Of a DNA stretch of 35,951 nucleotides, positions 18,058 to 24,974 are shown one piece after another. Source of the DNA: Anaerolineae bacterium (lineage in GTDB: Bacteria > Chloroflexota > Anaerolineae > SpSt-600). The translations under genes and the position numbers were made by a program. The notes beneath the pieces are model-generated. The model made no database searches. It was not told the origin of the DNA and saw only the letters and a list, made by a program, of their open reading frames with translations. Every line of letters begins with the position of its first letter. Position 1 is the stretch's first letter. Where the stretch lies: positions 1-35,951 of the forward strand of contig DAOUBN010000053.1 in NCBI GenBank assembly GCA_034432815.1, given 5' to 3'.

Positions 18058-19773
18058 TCACTTTACTTTCAAAGTGCGGAGGCGGTTCAGGGCAGCGGCA
18101 AACTCCTGAGGGCGGAAGATCACATAGTGCCCCATGAGGCGCGGGTCCAGGACGTCCAGCCCCTCCCTCTCTATGTCTCTCATCACCAGTTCCAGGATCT
18201 CGGCCACAGTGCGGCGGCCATCCATATACCTCTCCCGGGCATAATAGAGGGCCTGGCCTATAGCGTGGAGCTGCCCGGGGTGAACCAGTTGCTCCACCGC
18301 CGAAAGGTCTATTTCGTGCCGCCCAAAGATTATGGCTCTCGTCCCCTTGGCCGTTATCCTCACCTCGTATTTCCCCCTGCTGGGATCCAGGCTCCAGGCC
18401 AGGGGTATGCGGGGCTTTATCTCCCCGAAGCGCTCGCCCCCCTCTTTCCTGCGTTCAGCCCTGTATTTCTCGGCTATGGCTTTAGCTTCAGCCGTCACAT
18501 CCCGGGGCTCATACTCTATCATGGCGATGACCGTGTCGGCCACGTCAAAGTAATCCCCGCTCCCTCCCATGACCAGGATCGTGGAAACGCCGTAATCAGT
18601 GTAAAGCTGCCGCACCTTGTCAATGAACGGGGTTATGGGCTCTTTGTCCTTGGAGATTAGTTCCTGCATTCTGTGGTCCCTTATCATGAAATTGGTGGCG
18701 CAGGTGTCCTCGTCCAGGAGCAGGAGCCTTGCCCCAGCTTCCAGGGCCTCTATTATATTGGCCGCCTGGGAGGTGGAGCCGGAGGCATTGTCGGTGCGGA
18801 AGCGGGTTGTATCCTGGCCGAAAGGCAGGTTGGAAATGAAGGGGGAAATGTCCACTTTCTCAATCCTGCGGCCATCTTCGGCCCTTATTTTCACCGCTGA
18901 AGGAATCGTAACCACAAGTTCCCTGCCATCCCCCGGTATGTGGTTGTAAACCCCGAACTGGATAGCGTTGAGGAGGGTGGATTTGCCGTGGTATCCTCCG
19001 CCGACGATCAGGGTAACTCCTTCGGGGATGCCCATGCCCCTTACAACCCCGCGGTTAGGCAGGTGGAATTCCACCCGAAGGGATTCGGGGGAGCGGAAGG
19101 GGATGGCTTTATCGGGCGGAAGGGGCCGGTCGTCAACCCCAGAGCGCCTGGGGAGGATGCTGCCATCGGCCACGAAGGCCACGAGGCCGCGCCTGGGGAG
19201 CTGTTCCCGGAGCCAGTCCGCATCTTCGGCAGTGAGGATGTGGAGGTAGAGTTTTTCGCGGTTCAGGCTGGAATAGAAAAGGCTCTCCTTCACTATCCTG
19301 GGGACCTTGCGGCAGAGGAGCTCAGCGGCTTCCGCTCCCAGGATGCGCCTCCCCCTGGCCGGAAGGCCAACCGCGAACCGGGCTTCCACGTAATCTTCGG
19401 TAATAACCACCGAGGTGCGCTCCAGAATCTCCTGGCCAGGCCTGTCTATGGCGATCAGGCCGCTGTGGCCTGTTCCCGTCCGTTCTTCAAGTTTATCGGC
19501 CACTGCGGCGAACTGGCGGGTGAGAAAATCGGCCAGGGCGACGCGCCTGCTCTTTGAGGAGAAAGTGTCGGGGGGAAAACCAGCTTCTTTTTGCTCAACC
19601 CGAACCCTCACCCTGCTGGGCGGGGCGAAGGGGTCGCCCTGAACGTGGTCAATGAAAAGGGTAAAACCGGGAGCGCGGTAGACCCCTTCTATCCCCCTGT
19701 AAGCCTTGTAGCCTTTTCCGTCAAGCCTTACAAGCAGTGCCTCAAGTTCGGCTATGGTCCTTTCACCCATCAA
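18058..19773 (-). CDS. ABC-ATPase-domain protein (COG3044-type predicted ATPase of the ABC class)
   Basis: 571 aa with P-loop LIVGGGYHGKSTLLNAIQFGVYNHIPGDGRE and LLLLDEDTCATNFM, as I remember for the ABC_ATPase family. Confidence 0.75.
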   Translation of the reverse strand: MMGERTIAELEALLVRLDGKGYKAYRGIEGVYRAPGFTLFIDHVQGDPFAPPSRVRVRVEQKEAGFPPDTFSSKSRRVALADFLTRQFAAVADKLEERTGTGHSGLIAIDRPGQEILERTSVVITEDYVEARFAVGLPARGRRILGAEAAELLCRKVPRIVKESLFYSSLNREKLYLHILTAEDADWLREQLPRRGLVAFVADGSILPRRSGVDDRPLPPDKAIPFRSPESLRVEFHLPNRGVVRGMGIPEGVTLIVGGGYHGKSTLLNAIQFGVYNHIPGDGRELVVTIPSAVKIRAEDGRRIEKVDISPFISNLPFGQDTTRFRTDNASGSTSQAANIIEALEAGARLLLLDEDTCATNFMIRDHRMQELISKDKEPITPFIDKVRQLYTDYGVSTILVMGGSGDYFDVADTVIAMIEYEPRDVTAEAKAIAEKYRAERRKEGGERFGEIKPRIPLAWSLDPSRGKYEVRITAKGTRAIIFGRHEIDLSAVEQLVHPGQLHAIGQALYYARERYMDGRRTVAEILELVMRDIEREGLDVLDPRLMGHYVIFRPQEFAAALNRLRTLKVK

Positions 19774-20980
19774 GCCTCACCATTAGCAGCGGCACGAGCA
19801 TCTCTTCAGGGGAAAGGCCCCCGTGACGCCCCTTGAGTTTTGGCTCTTCGTATCCCCAGACCAGGTGCTCCTCCCCCCTGGCAATGGCTATAAGGTCGCC
19901 AATGCGGGAGGAGAAGCCGGGAGCCGGCGTCCCCCTGCCGAAAAGGCCTTTCTCCACTGCTTCGGCGGAATCCATCACGGTGAAAGAGCCGATCTTCTCT
20001 TCCAGGTAAGCGCGCACCTGCTCTTTTCTGCCGTCCCGCACGTAAAGGTATGAAGCCCTTGATTCCCCTGTGGGAGGCAAGGCCAGGAGCTCCCAGAGCT
20101 CAGGGTGCTTCATGGCCAGGACGGCCCTCTCGGGATTTGCTGGGACCTGGCCGTGGTCGGAGAAGAGGATGAGGAGGGTGCCTTTCCTGTCCTGAGGCTC
20201 AAGGCGCTCCAGGAAATCCCGCTCCATGGAGAAGGCGAAGCTCCTGAGCTCGGCTTCCCAGGTTTCATCGTCGGGGCCATAGAGGTGGGCGAGGGCGTCC
20301 ACGAGGCCCCAGTAAACGCTTATTATCGCCTTTTCCCCCGCCTTCTCGCGGAGAAGGTGGCGCAGAATTATCCACATTTCCGGGGTGGTGAGGAATCCCC
20401 TGGCTTCGGCCACTTCCCTGTGGAGGGCGCGGGAGAAAGGGCTTCTGACGAATTCACGGTGGATGAGGACGAAAACTTTAATTCCGAAAGGGCTGAGGAG
20501 CTGGGGGAAAGAAGGCACAGGGACCAGCTTTTCGGGTTCAAGCCCCCATTTCTCCAGGGAATCGCCTTTCTCGTTCCGCATGGGGGCGAGGGCGATGGCG
20601 TTGGCTACCACGCCGAACTCTTTGAAGTAAAGGGTGTAGCCGGTCAGGCCGTGCTCAATGGGTGGTCGGGCGGTCCAGAAGCTGGCCAGGGCTGCCACGG
20701 TGGTGGAGGGGAAAACCGAGGTTATGTGGGTAAAGGAGCCCTTCCGGGCGAGCCTGGCGAAGAGGAATTCGGGGTCCTGGTCCATCAACCTCCGCAGGGC
20801 CAGGTAACCGACGGCGTCCATCAGTATGGCGATTACCCTTTCGGTACCGGGCGCTAAATCTTTCCAGAGGTAAGGGTCAAGGGGGGGAAGCCCTTCAAGT
20901 CTTGTTCCCAGGATAGCCGCCATGGTGGCGGGCAGGTTCGCGATGGAACCTCCTTCGTATTGAGGCCAGACGAAGTCCAT
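19763..20980 (-). CDS. Alkaline-phosphatase-superfamily metalloenzyme (nucleotide pyrophosphatase/phosphodiesterase- or PglZ-like)
   Basis: AP-superfamily ligand pattern: ILMDAVG, FPSTTVAALASF (Thr nucleophile), DALAHLYG and LFSDHGQ. Start set at ATG 20980 with GGAGGGA 4-5 nt upstream; the track starts at 21112. The 3' end overlaps the ABC-ATPase start by 11 nt. Confidence 0.7.
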   Translation of the reverse strand: MDFVWPQYEGGSIANLPATMAAILGTRLEGLPPLDPYLWKDLAPGTERVIAILMDAVGYLALRRLMDQDPEFLFARLARKGSFTHITSVFPSTTVAALASFWTARPPIEHGLTGYTLYFKEFGVVANAIALAPMRNEKGDSLEKWGLEPEKLVPVPSFPQLLSPFGIKVFVLIHREFVRSPFSRALHREVAEARGFLTTPEMWIILRHLLREKAGEKAIISVYWGLVDALAHLYGPDDETWEAELRSFAFSMERDFLERLEPQDRKGTLLILFSDHGQVPANPERAVLAMKHPELWELLALPPTGESRASYLYVRDGRKEQVRAYLEEKIGSFTVMDSAEAVEKGLFGRGTPAPGFSSRIGDLIAIARGEEHLVWGYEEPKLKGRHGGLSPEEMLVPLLMVRLDG

Positions 20981-21125
20981 TTCTCCCTCCATCTCTGGCA
21001 ATTTTACTGCAAAGGACGCAGACGTTGCAAACCTTTCCTGGGGCAGCCATTTGCGCAACTGCAAAGGCCCCAGGGTCAGGCCTTCCGGACGGGTCACCAT
21101 GTCCTGGCGCATTTACTTTGCCGGC

Positions 21126-21154
21126 TTGACAACTCGCTATTATTTCGGTATGAT
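21126..21154 (+). promoter_or_regulatory. Sigma-70-like promoter of the fur/perR-sor-prx operon
   Basis: TTGACA (21126-21131), a 17-nt spacer, then TATGAT (21149-21154), about 35 nt upstream of the Fur-family start. A short palindrome TCTAaaTAGA at 21155-21164 is a weak operator candidate. Confidence 0.5.
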
Positions 21155-21188
21155 TCTAAATAGATACTGGTTTTCCACAAGGAGGGTT

Positions 21189-21623
21189 ATGAGGTTACGG
21201 GATGAGCAACTGGAAGAGGTGACGAGGAAACTGCGGGAACGGGGGTATCGCCTTACGCCTCAGAGGATGGCGATAATCAAGGCCATTTTGTCCAGTAAAG
21301 AACACCCAACGGCTGAGGAGATATACAACCAGCTGGTGGGGGATTTCCCCATGCTGAGCCTGGCTACTGTCTATAAAACTCTGGATGTGCTCAAAGATCT
21401 GGGGCTGGTGATGGAGATAAAGGTGGAAGGTGCAGGGTATTACGACTCTGGCCTTATCCCGCATCCGCATTTAATTTGCGTGAAGTGCCATCGCATTGAA
21501 GACCTGCCCCCCGAGACGATGTGTTTGCCTCCGGAAGAGATCCTCTTGACCAGAGGGTTTAAGCCCATCCGGGTCCAGTTAGAAATTTATGGATTGTGCT
21601 CCCGGTGCCAGGAGCAGGCTTAG
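21189..21623 (+). CDS. Fur-family metalloregulator (PerR/Fur-like)
   Basis: LTPQRMAIIKAILSSKEHPTAEEIYNQL....LATVYKTLDVLKDLGLV, HPHLICVKCHRIED and CSRC (two CxxC pairs). RBS AGGAGGG at 21179-21185. Confidence 0.85.
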   Translation: MRLRDEQLEEVTRKLRERGYRLTPQRMAIIKAILSSKEHPTAEEIYNQLVGDFPMLSLATVYKTLDVLKDLGLVMEIKVEGAGYYDSGLIPHPHLICVKCHRIEDLPPETMCLPPEEILLTRGFKPIRVQLEIYGLCSRCQEQA

Positions 21624-21659
21624 GAGGCAATTCGGATCCTATGCCAGGAGGGTGTTCAA

Positions 21660-22028
21660 ATGATAGGCGAGACCATTAAATCAGCAGACTGGAAAGCCGA
21701 GAAACATGTCCCGGTCATTGAAGCTCCTGATAAGGTGGAGGCCGGCAAGCCTTTTGAGGTAAGGGTTACCGTGGGCAAAGAAATCCCCCATCCCAACACC
21801 CTGGAGCATCACATCAAGTGGATTGACCTTTACTTCCAGCCTCAGGGCGACCAGTTCGCTTATCAGGTAGGGCATGTGGAGTTCAGCGCCCACGGTGAGG
21901 CCGAAACCGTCACTGCTCCCGTGGCCGTGTTCTCCTTGCGATTGGGCAAGCCTGGCAAGCTCATCGCCCTTTCCCTGTGCAACATCCACGGACTGTGGGA
22001 GAGCTCTTCTGAGGTCATGGTGGTCTAA
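21660..22028 (+). CDS. Superoxide reductase (1Fe-SOR / neelaredoxin type)
   Basis: SOR centre II ligand motifs EKHVPVIE, HPNTLEHHIKWIDLY and CNIHGLWES. 122 aa with no desulforedoxin N-domain. Confidence 0.85.
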   Translation: MIGETIKSADWKAEKHVPVIEAPDKVEAGKPFEVRVTVGKEIPHPNTLEHHIKWIDLYFQPQGDQFAYQVGHVEFSAHGEAETVTAPVAVFSLRLGKPGKLIALSLCNIHGLWESSSEVMVV

Positions 22029-22114
22029 AGATGCGAACGGAGGGGCGCAGGCGGCACAGGCGACGGCATCTCCTGGCGCCCCTTCACAAAAACTTTTTGT
22101 AAGGAGGGATTGCC

Positions 22115-22726
22115 ATGTGTGAAGAGAAGGTTGCTGTGGCCCGCGTCGGTAAGGAAGCCCCGGACTTTGAGGCCCCTGCTCTGATTGGGGGTGAAATCAA
22201 GAAAGTGAAGCTTTCCGATTACCGGGGCAAATGGGTGGTGCTGTGCTTCTACCCCTCTGACTATACCTTTGTCTGACCCACCGAACTGACGGCGGTCGCC
22301 GTCAGGTACAAGGAACTGCAGGAACTCGGGGTAGAAGTCCTGGCTATCAGCACCAACAACATTTTCGTCCACAAAGCCTGGCAGGATGGGGAACTCTCCA
22401 AGATGGTGGAAGGGGGAATTCCCTACCCGATGCTTTCGGATCCCGGCGGCAGGATCGGGAAGATGTATGGCGTCTATGACGAAGAAGCAGGCATTGACAT
22501 CCGTGGGCGCTTCCTCATTGACCCTGATGGGGTGATCCAGGCCGCCGAAATCCTTTCCCCGCCTGTGGGCCGCAATCCCGATGAACTCATCCGCCAGATC
22601 AAAGCGTTCCAGCACGTCAGGAAGACCGGAGAGGCCACCCCTTCAGGCTGGACTCCCGGCAAGAAGACCCTCAAGCCCGGGCCCGATCTGGTGGGCAGGG
22701 TCTGGGAAGTGTGGAAGCCGGAGTAG
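22115..22726 (+). CDS. Peroxiredoxin (AhpC/Prx1-like) with selenocysteine (TGA, codon 54) in place of the peroxidatic Cys
   Basis: ATG 22115 follows RBS AAGGAGGG. The read-through translation ..[16 protein letters not shown][TGA 22274-22276][72 protein letters not shown] matches 2-Cys Prx end to end. The track shows only 22403..22726. Confidence 0.8.
22286..22305 (+). promoter_or_regulatory. Candidate bacterial SECIS hairpin
   Basis: Perfect 8-bp stem CTGACGGC/GCCGTCAG with loop GGTC, starting 9 nt after the in-frame TGA. The spacing and the G/U-containing loop resemble the E. coli fdhF SECIS. Confidence 0.6.
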
Positions 22727-22747
22727 CCCCTGCCACTACAGCCGAGA

Positions 22748-22778
22748 ACCCGGCGGGCAAATCCCGCCGGGTTTTTTT
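22748..22778 (+). terminator. Rho-independent terminator of the prx operon
   Basis: ACCCGGCGGG-caaat-CCCGCCGGGT followed by a T7 run, 22 nt after the stop codon. Confidence 0.85.
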
Positions 22779-22921
22779 ACACCCGCAGGACGAAGTTGCT
22801 CCTCAGTCCCTCCGTGCAAGCCTTGAGGCGTGATGCGGGTGCTTTGCTATCCCCTGATGGGTTCTCAGCGGGGCGACCGCGGTCATTGCCGATTTGCAGG
22901 GTCACGTTAAGAGTTGCGCAG

Positions 22922-22949
22922 TTGACAGGCGACCTTTACTGTTTATCAT
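22922..22949 (+). promoter_or_regulatory. Sigma-70-like promoter upstream of the DarA-like gene pair
   Basis: TTGACA (22922-22927), a 16-nt spacer, then TATCAT (22944-22949), 54 nt upstream of ATG 23003. Confidence 0.45.
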
Positions 22950-23002
22950 ATAGCTATCCGATGGTGTTTCCGAGGAGTCCACTTTAAGCCGGAGGGGGCA
23001 AA

Positions 23003-23344
23003 ATGAAGGAGGGAAGTGTGGACCGCCTGGCTTTCACCATTGTGCACAGTTCTTACGTGCATGGGCTTCTCAAAGCCCTTTACAGGGAAGGGTTCCAGGC
23101 CACAGTCGTGGAGGTCAAAGGAGGGTTCCTGGAGGAGCCCATGGTGACTTTGCTGGTGGGGATGAACCATCGGAAGCTCCCCCTCTTCCTTGAACTCCTC
23201 AAGGCCCACTGCCCTGCCCGGTTCCGTTACGTTCCGGCAGGAGTTATCGCCACCTGGCCCCCTTCTTTCCCCCGAATGGTGGAAGCCAGCGCGGGAGGAG
23301 CAACAGTCCTGGTGGTCCCGGTGGAGAAGTTCTACCAGCTCTAG
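23003..23344 (+). CDS. PII-like cyclic-di-AMP receptor family protein (DarA/PstA, DUF970), divergent long-loop paralog
   Basis: LAFTIV...GFQATVVEVKGGFLEE..VTLLVG....GGATVLVVPVEKFYQL parallels my recollection of B. subtilis DarA (..[23 protein letters not shown]...GGATVFVLPVDEFHQF). Confidence 0.65.
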   Translation: MKEGSVDRLAFTIVHSSYVHGLLKALYREGFQATVVEVKGGFLEEPMVTLLVGMNHRKLPLFLELLKAHCPARFRYVPAGVIATWPPSFPRMVEASAGGATVLVVPVEKFYQL

Positions 23345-23353
23345 GAGGGGATC

Positions 23354-23623
23354 GTGAAAAAGTTAGTCCTTGCCATCGTAAAGGACAGCGATGCGCCTGC
23401 AGTTATGGAAGCCCTTATTGGCAGAAACTTCAGGGTAACCAGGATAGCCAGCACCGGAGGGTTCCTGCGGCGAGGGAACGTTACGCTTCTCATCGGCACA
23501 GAGGAGGAGCGGGTGGAAGAACTGGTCAGAGCCATTTCTGGGGCCTGCGCCGAGCCCCCGCCTGGTCAGCACAGAGCCATAGTTTTTGTGATACCCATGG
23601 ATCAATTCATCCGGGTGGGGTAA
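23354..23623 (+). CDS. PII-like cyclic-di-AMP receptor family protein (DarA/PstA, DUF970), short-loop paralog
   Basis: KKLVLAIVKDSDAPAVMEALIGRNFRVTRIASTGGFLRRGNVTLLIGTEEERVEELVRAI is very close to the DarA N-terminal two thirds. GTG start with RBS AGGAGGGG. Confidence 0.8.
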   Translation: MKKLVLAIVKDSDAPAVMEALIGRNFRVTRIASTGGFLRRGNVTLLIGTEEERVEELVRAISGACAEPPPGQHRAIVFVIPMDQFIRVG

Positions 23624-23627
23624 AGCA

Positions 23628-24905
23628 GTGCTCAGACGCCTTATAATCATCATAGAGGACGACTGGGGGCCCCGGGCAGGAACCCTGCTGCGCCGCTCCC
23701 TCCGGTGGTTCATAGCCGACGGGGTGTTCGGCGGCTCAAGCGATGCCATAGTGAATGCTTTCCTGTCCCTTTACCTCCTGGCTCTGGGCGCCACAAGGGC
23801 CCAGATAGGGCTCCTGGCTTCCTTCTCCAACTTCACCATGCCCCTGGTGATGTTCCCTGGAGCTGCTCTGGCCGAAAGGGCCACCGAATACAAGAAGTTC
23901 GTCCTGAGGGCGCTCATTCTGAGCAAATCCACCCTCTTTTTCCTGGCCCTCCTGCCCTTCTTCCTCATAGGAAGGGCTGTGGTCCCGGTCGGAATAGGGC
24001 TGGCCGTCCTGCGGGTCCTTGCGGCCCATTTCGCCAACCCCGCCTGGACCGCTTTCGTGGGGAAGCTTGTGCCTCTGGAGTGGCGGGGAAGATACTTTGC
24101 CTCCCGCAACATCCTGATAGGCCTGGCCAGCATTGCAGTGACTCTGGTCGCCGGCGCTCTGGTGGACCTCTTCGGAAAGCCCGGCGGCTATCAGGTGGCT
24201 TTCGGCTTGGCCGGCATCCTGGGATTGCTTTCGGCCTATTCCTTCTCCAGGATTGAAGAGCCACAGGTCGCCCGGAAGAACGTTCACGGGATTTCGGTGG
24301 CAGCGGCGCTTAAGGACGCCGGGAGGATAGCAGGATTTCTGCCTTTCTGCATCCTTTCGGGCCTCTGGAACTTCTCAGTTCAGGTTGCGGGACCCTTTTT
24401 CCCGGTTTACATGGTGGAGGGGCTCAGGGCCGGAGGCACCCTGGTAGGACTCACCTCTTCACTGGCAACTCTGGCCTCAATTCCGGGGCAGAGGATCTTC
24501 GGCCGCCAGGCCGATGAGCGGGGAGCCCTGTGGGTTCAGAGACTCACTTCGTTCCTCATCCCTTTCGTCCCCTGGCTCTGGGCCATAGCTCCGGGGGTTT
24601 GGTTCATAATGCCCGTTGAGCTCTTCAGCGGCTTCGTCTGGGCGGGTTTCAACCTCGCCGCCTTCAACCTCCTGCTGGAGTTCACCCCTCAGGAGGGCAG
24701 GCCAATATATGTGGCCCTCTACCAGGTGATCGTGGGGGTTGGGATGAGCATAGGGCCGATGGTGGGAGGAGTTCTGGTGGATGCTCTGGGCTACAGGGGC
24801 TTGTTCGTGCTTTCGGGGGTGTTGCGAGCCATCACCGCAATCCTTTTCGTCCTCTTCCTCCGCAGGGGTAGCACCAGAGGCCAGCGAGGAGGGGAAAAGG
24901 GTTAA
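23628..24905 (+). CDS. MFS-type transporter
   Basis: 425 aa with about 12 hydrophobic segments and an MFS-like loop motif (AERATEYKK / GRQADERG). The GTG start is 4 nt after the preceding stop. Confidence 0.75.
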   Translation: MLRRLIIIIEDDWGPRAGTLLRRSLRWFIADGVFGGSSDAIVNAFLSLYLLALGATRAQIGLLASFSNFTMPLVMFPGAALAERATEYKKFVLRALILSKSTLFFLALLPFFLIGRAVVPVGIGLAVLRVLAAHFANPAWTAFVGKLVPLEWRGRYFASRNILIGLASIAVTLVAGALVDLFGKPGGYQVAFGLAGILGLLSAYSFSRIEEPQVARKNVHGISVAAALKDAGRIAGFLPFCILSGLWNFSVQVAGPFFPVYMVEGLRAGGTLVGLTSSLATLASIPGQRIFGRQADERGALWVQRLTSFLIPFVPWLWAIAPGVWFIMPVELFSGFVWAGFNLAAFNLLLEFTPQEGRPIYVALYQVIVGVGMSIGPMVGGVLVDALGYRGLFVLSGVLRAITAILFVLFLRRGSTRGQRGGEKG

Positions 24906-24974
24906 TTGGAGCTTTTCAGCGCTCTCCTGCATCCGGGCGGGGGGAAAAGGAGGCAGAGGATATCCCCTGCTCAT

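Noticed and set aside
21051-21188. 46-codon N-terminal extension of the Fur-family ORF, and the 21112 start of the divergent AP-superfamily ORF
   Set aside because: The extensions cover the shared promoter region (TTGACA-17-TATGAT). Internal starts at 21189 and 20980 have proper GGAGG-type ribosome-binding sites and match family N-termini.
22274-22276. Reading the TGA in the peroxiredoxin as a genuine stop (pseudogene or split gene)
   Set aside because: The stop falls exactly on the catalytic Cys codon. Both halves are in the same frame and fully conserved in motif content, and a perfect hairpin follows at SECIS distance. Random inactivation would not be expected to give this combination. 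It still needs the Sec machinery check.
22780-22841. 62-nt imperfect hairpin just after the prx terminator (CACCCGCA 22780-22787 pairs with TGCGGGTG 22834-22841; inner CCTCA/TGAGG)
   Set aside because: It has large internal loops and no match to any riboswitch or sRNA class I know. It is too short for a ydaO-type c-di-AMP riboswitch, and it lies upstream of the predicted darA promoter. It is probably a secondary terminator-like structure or chance.
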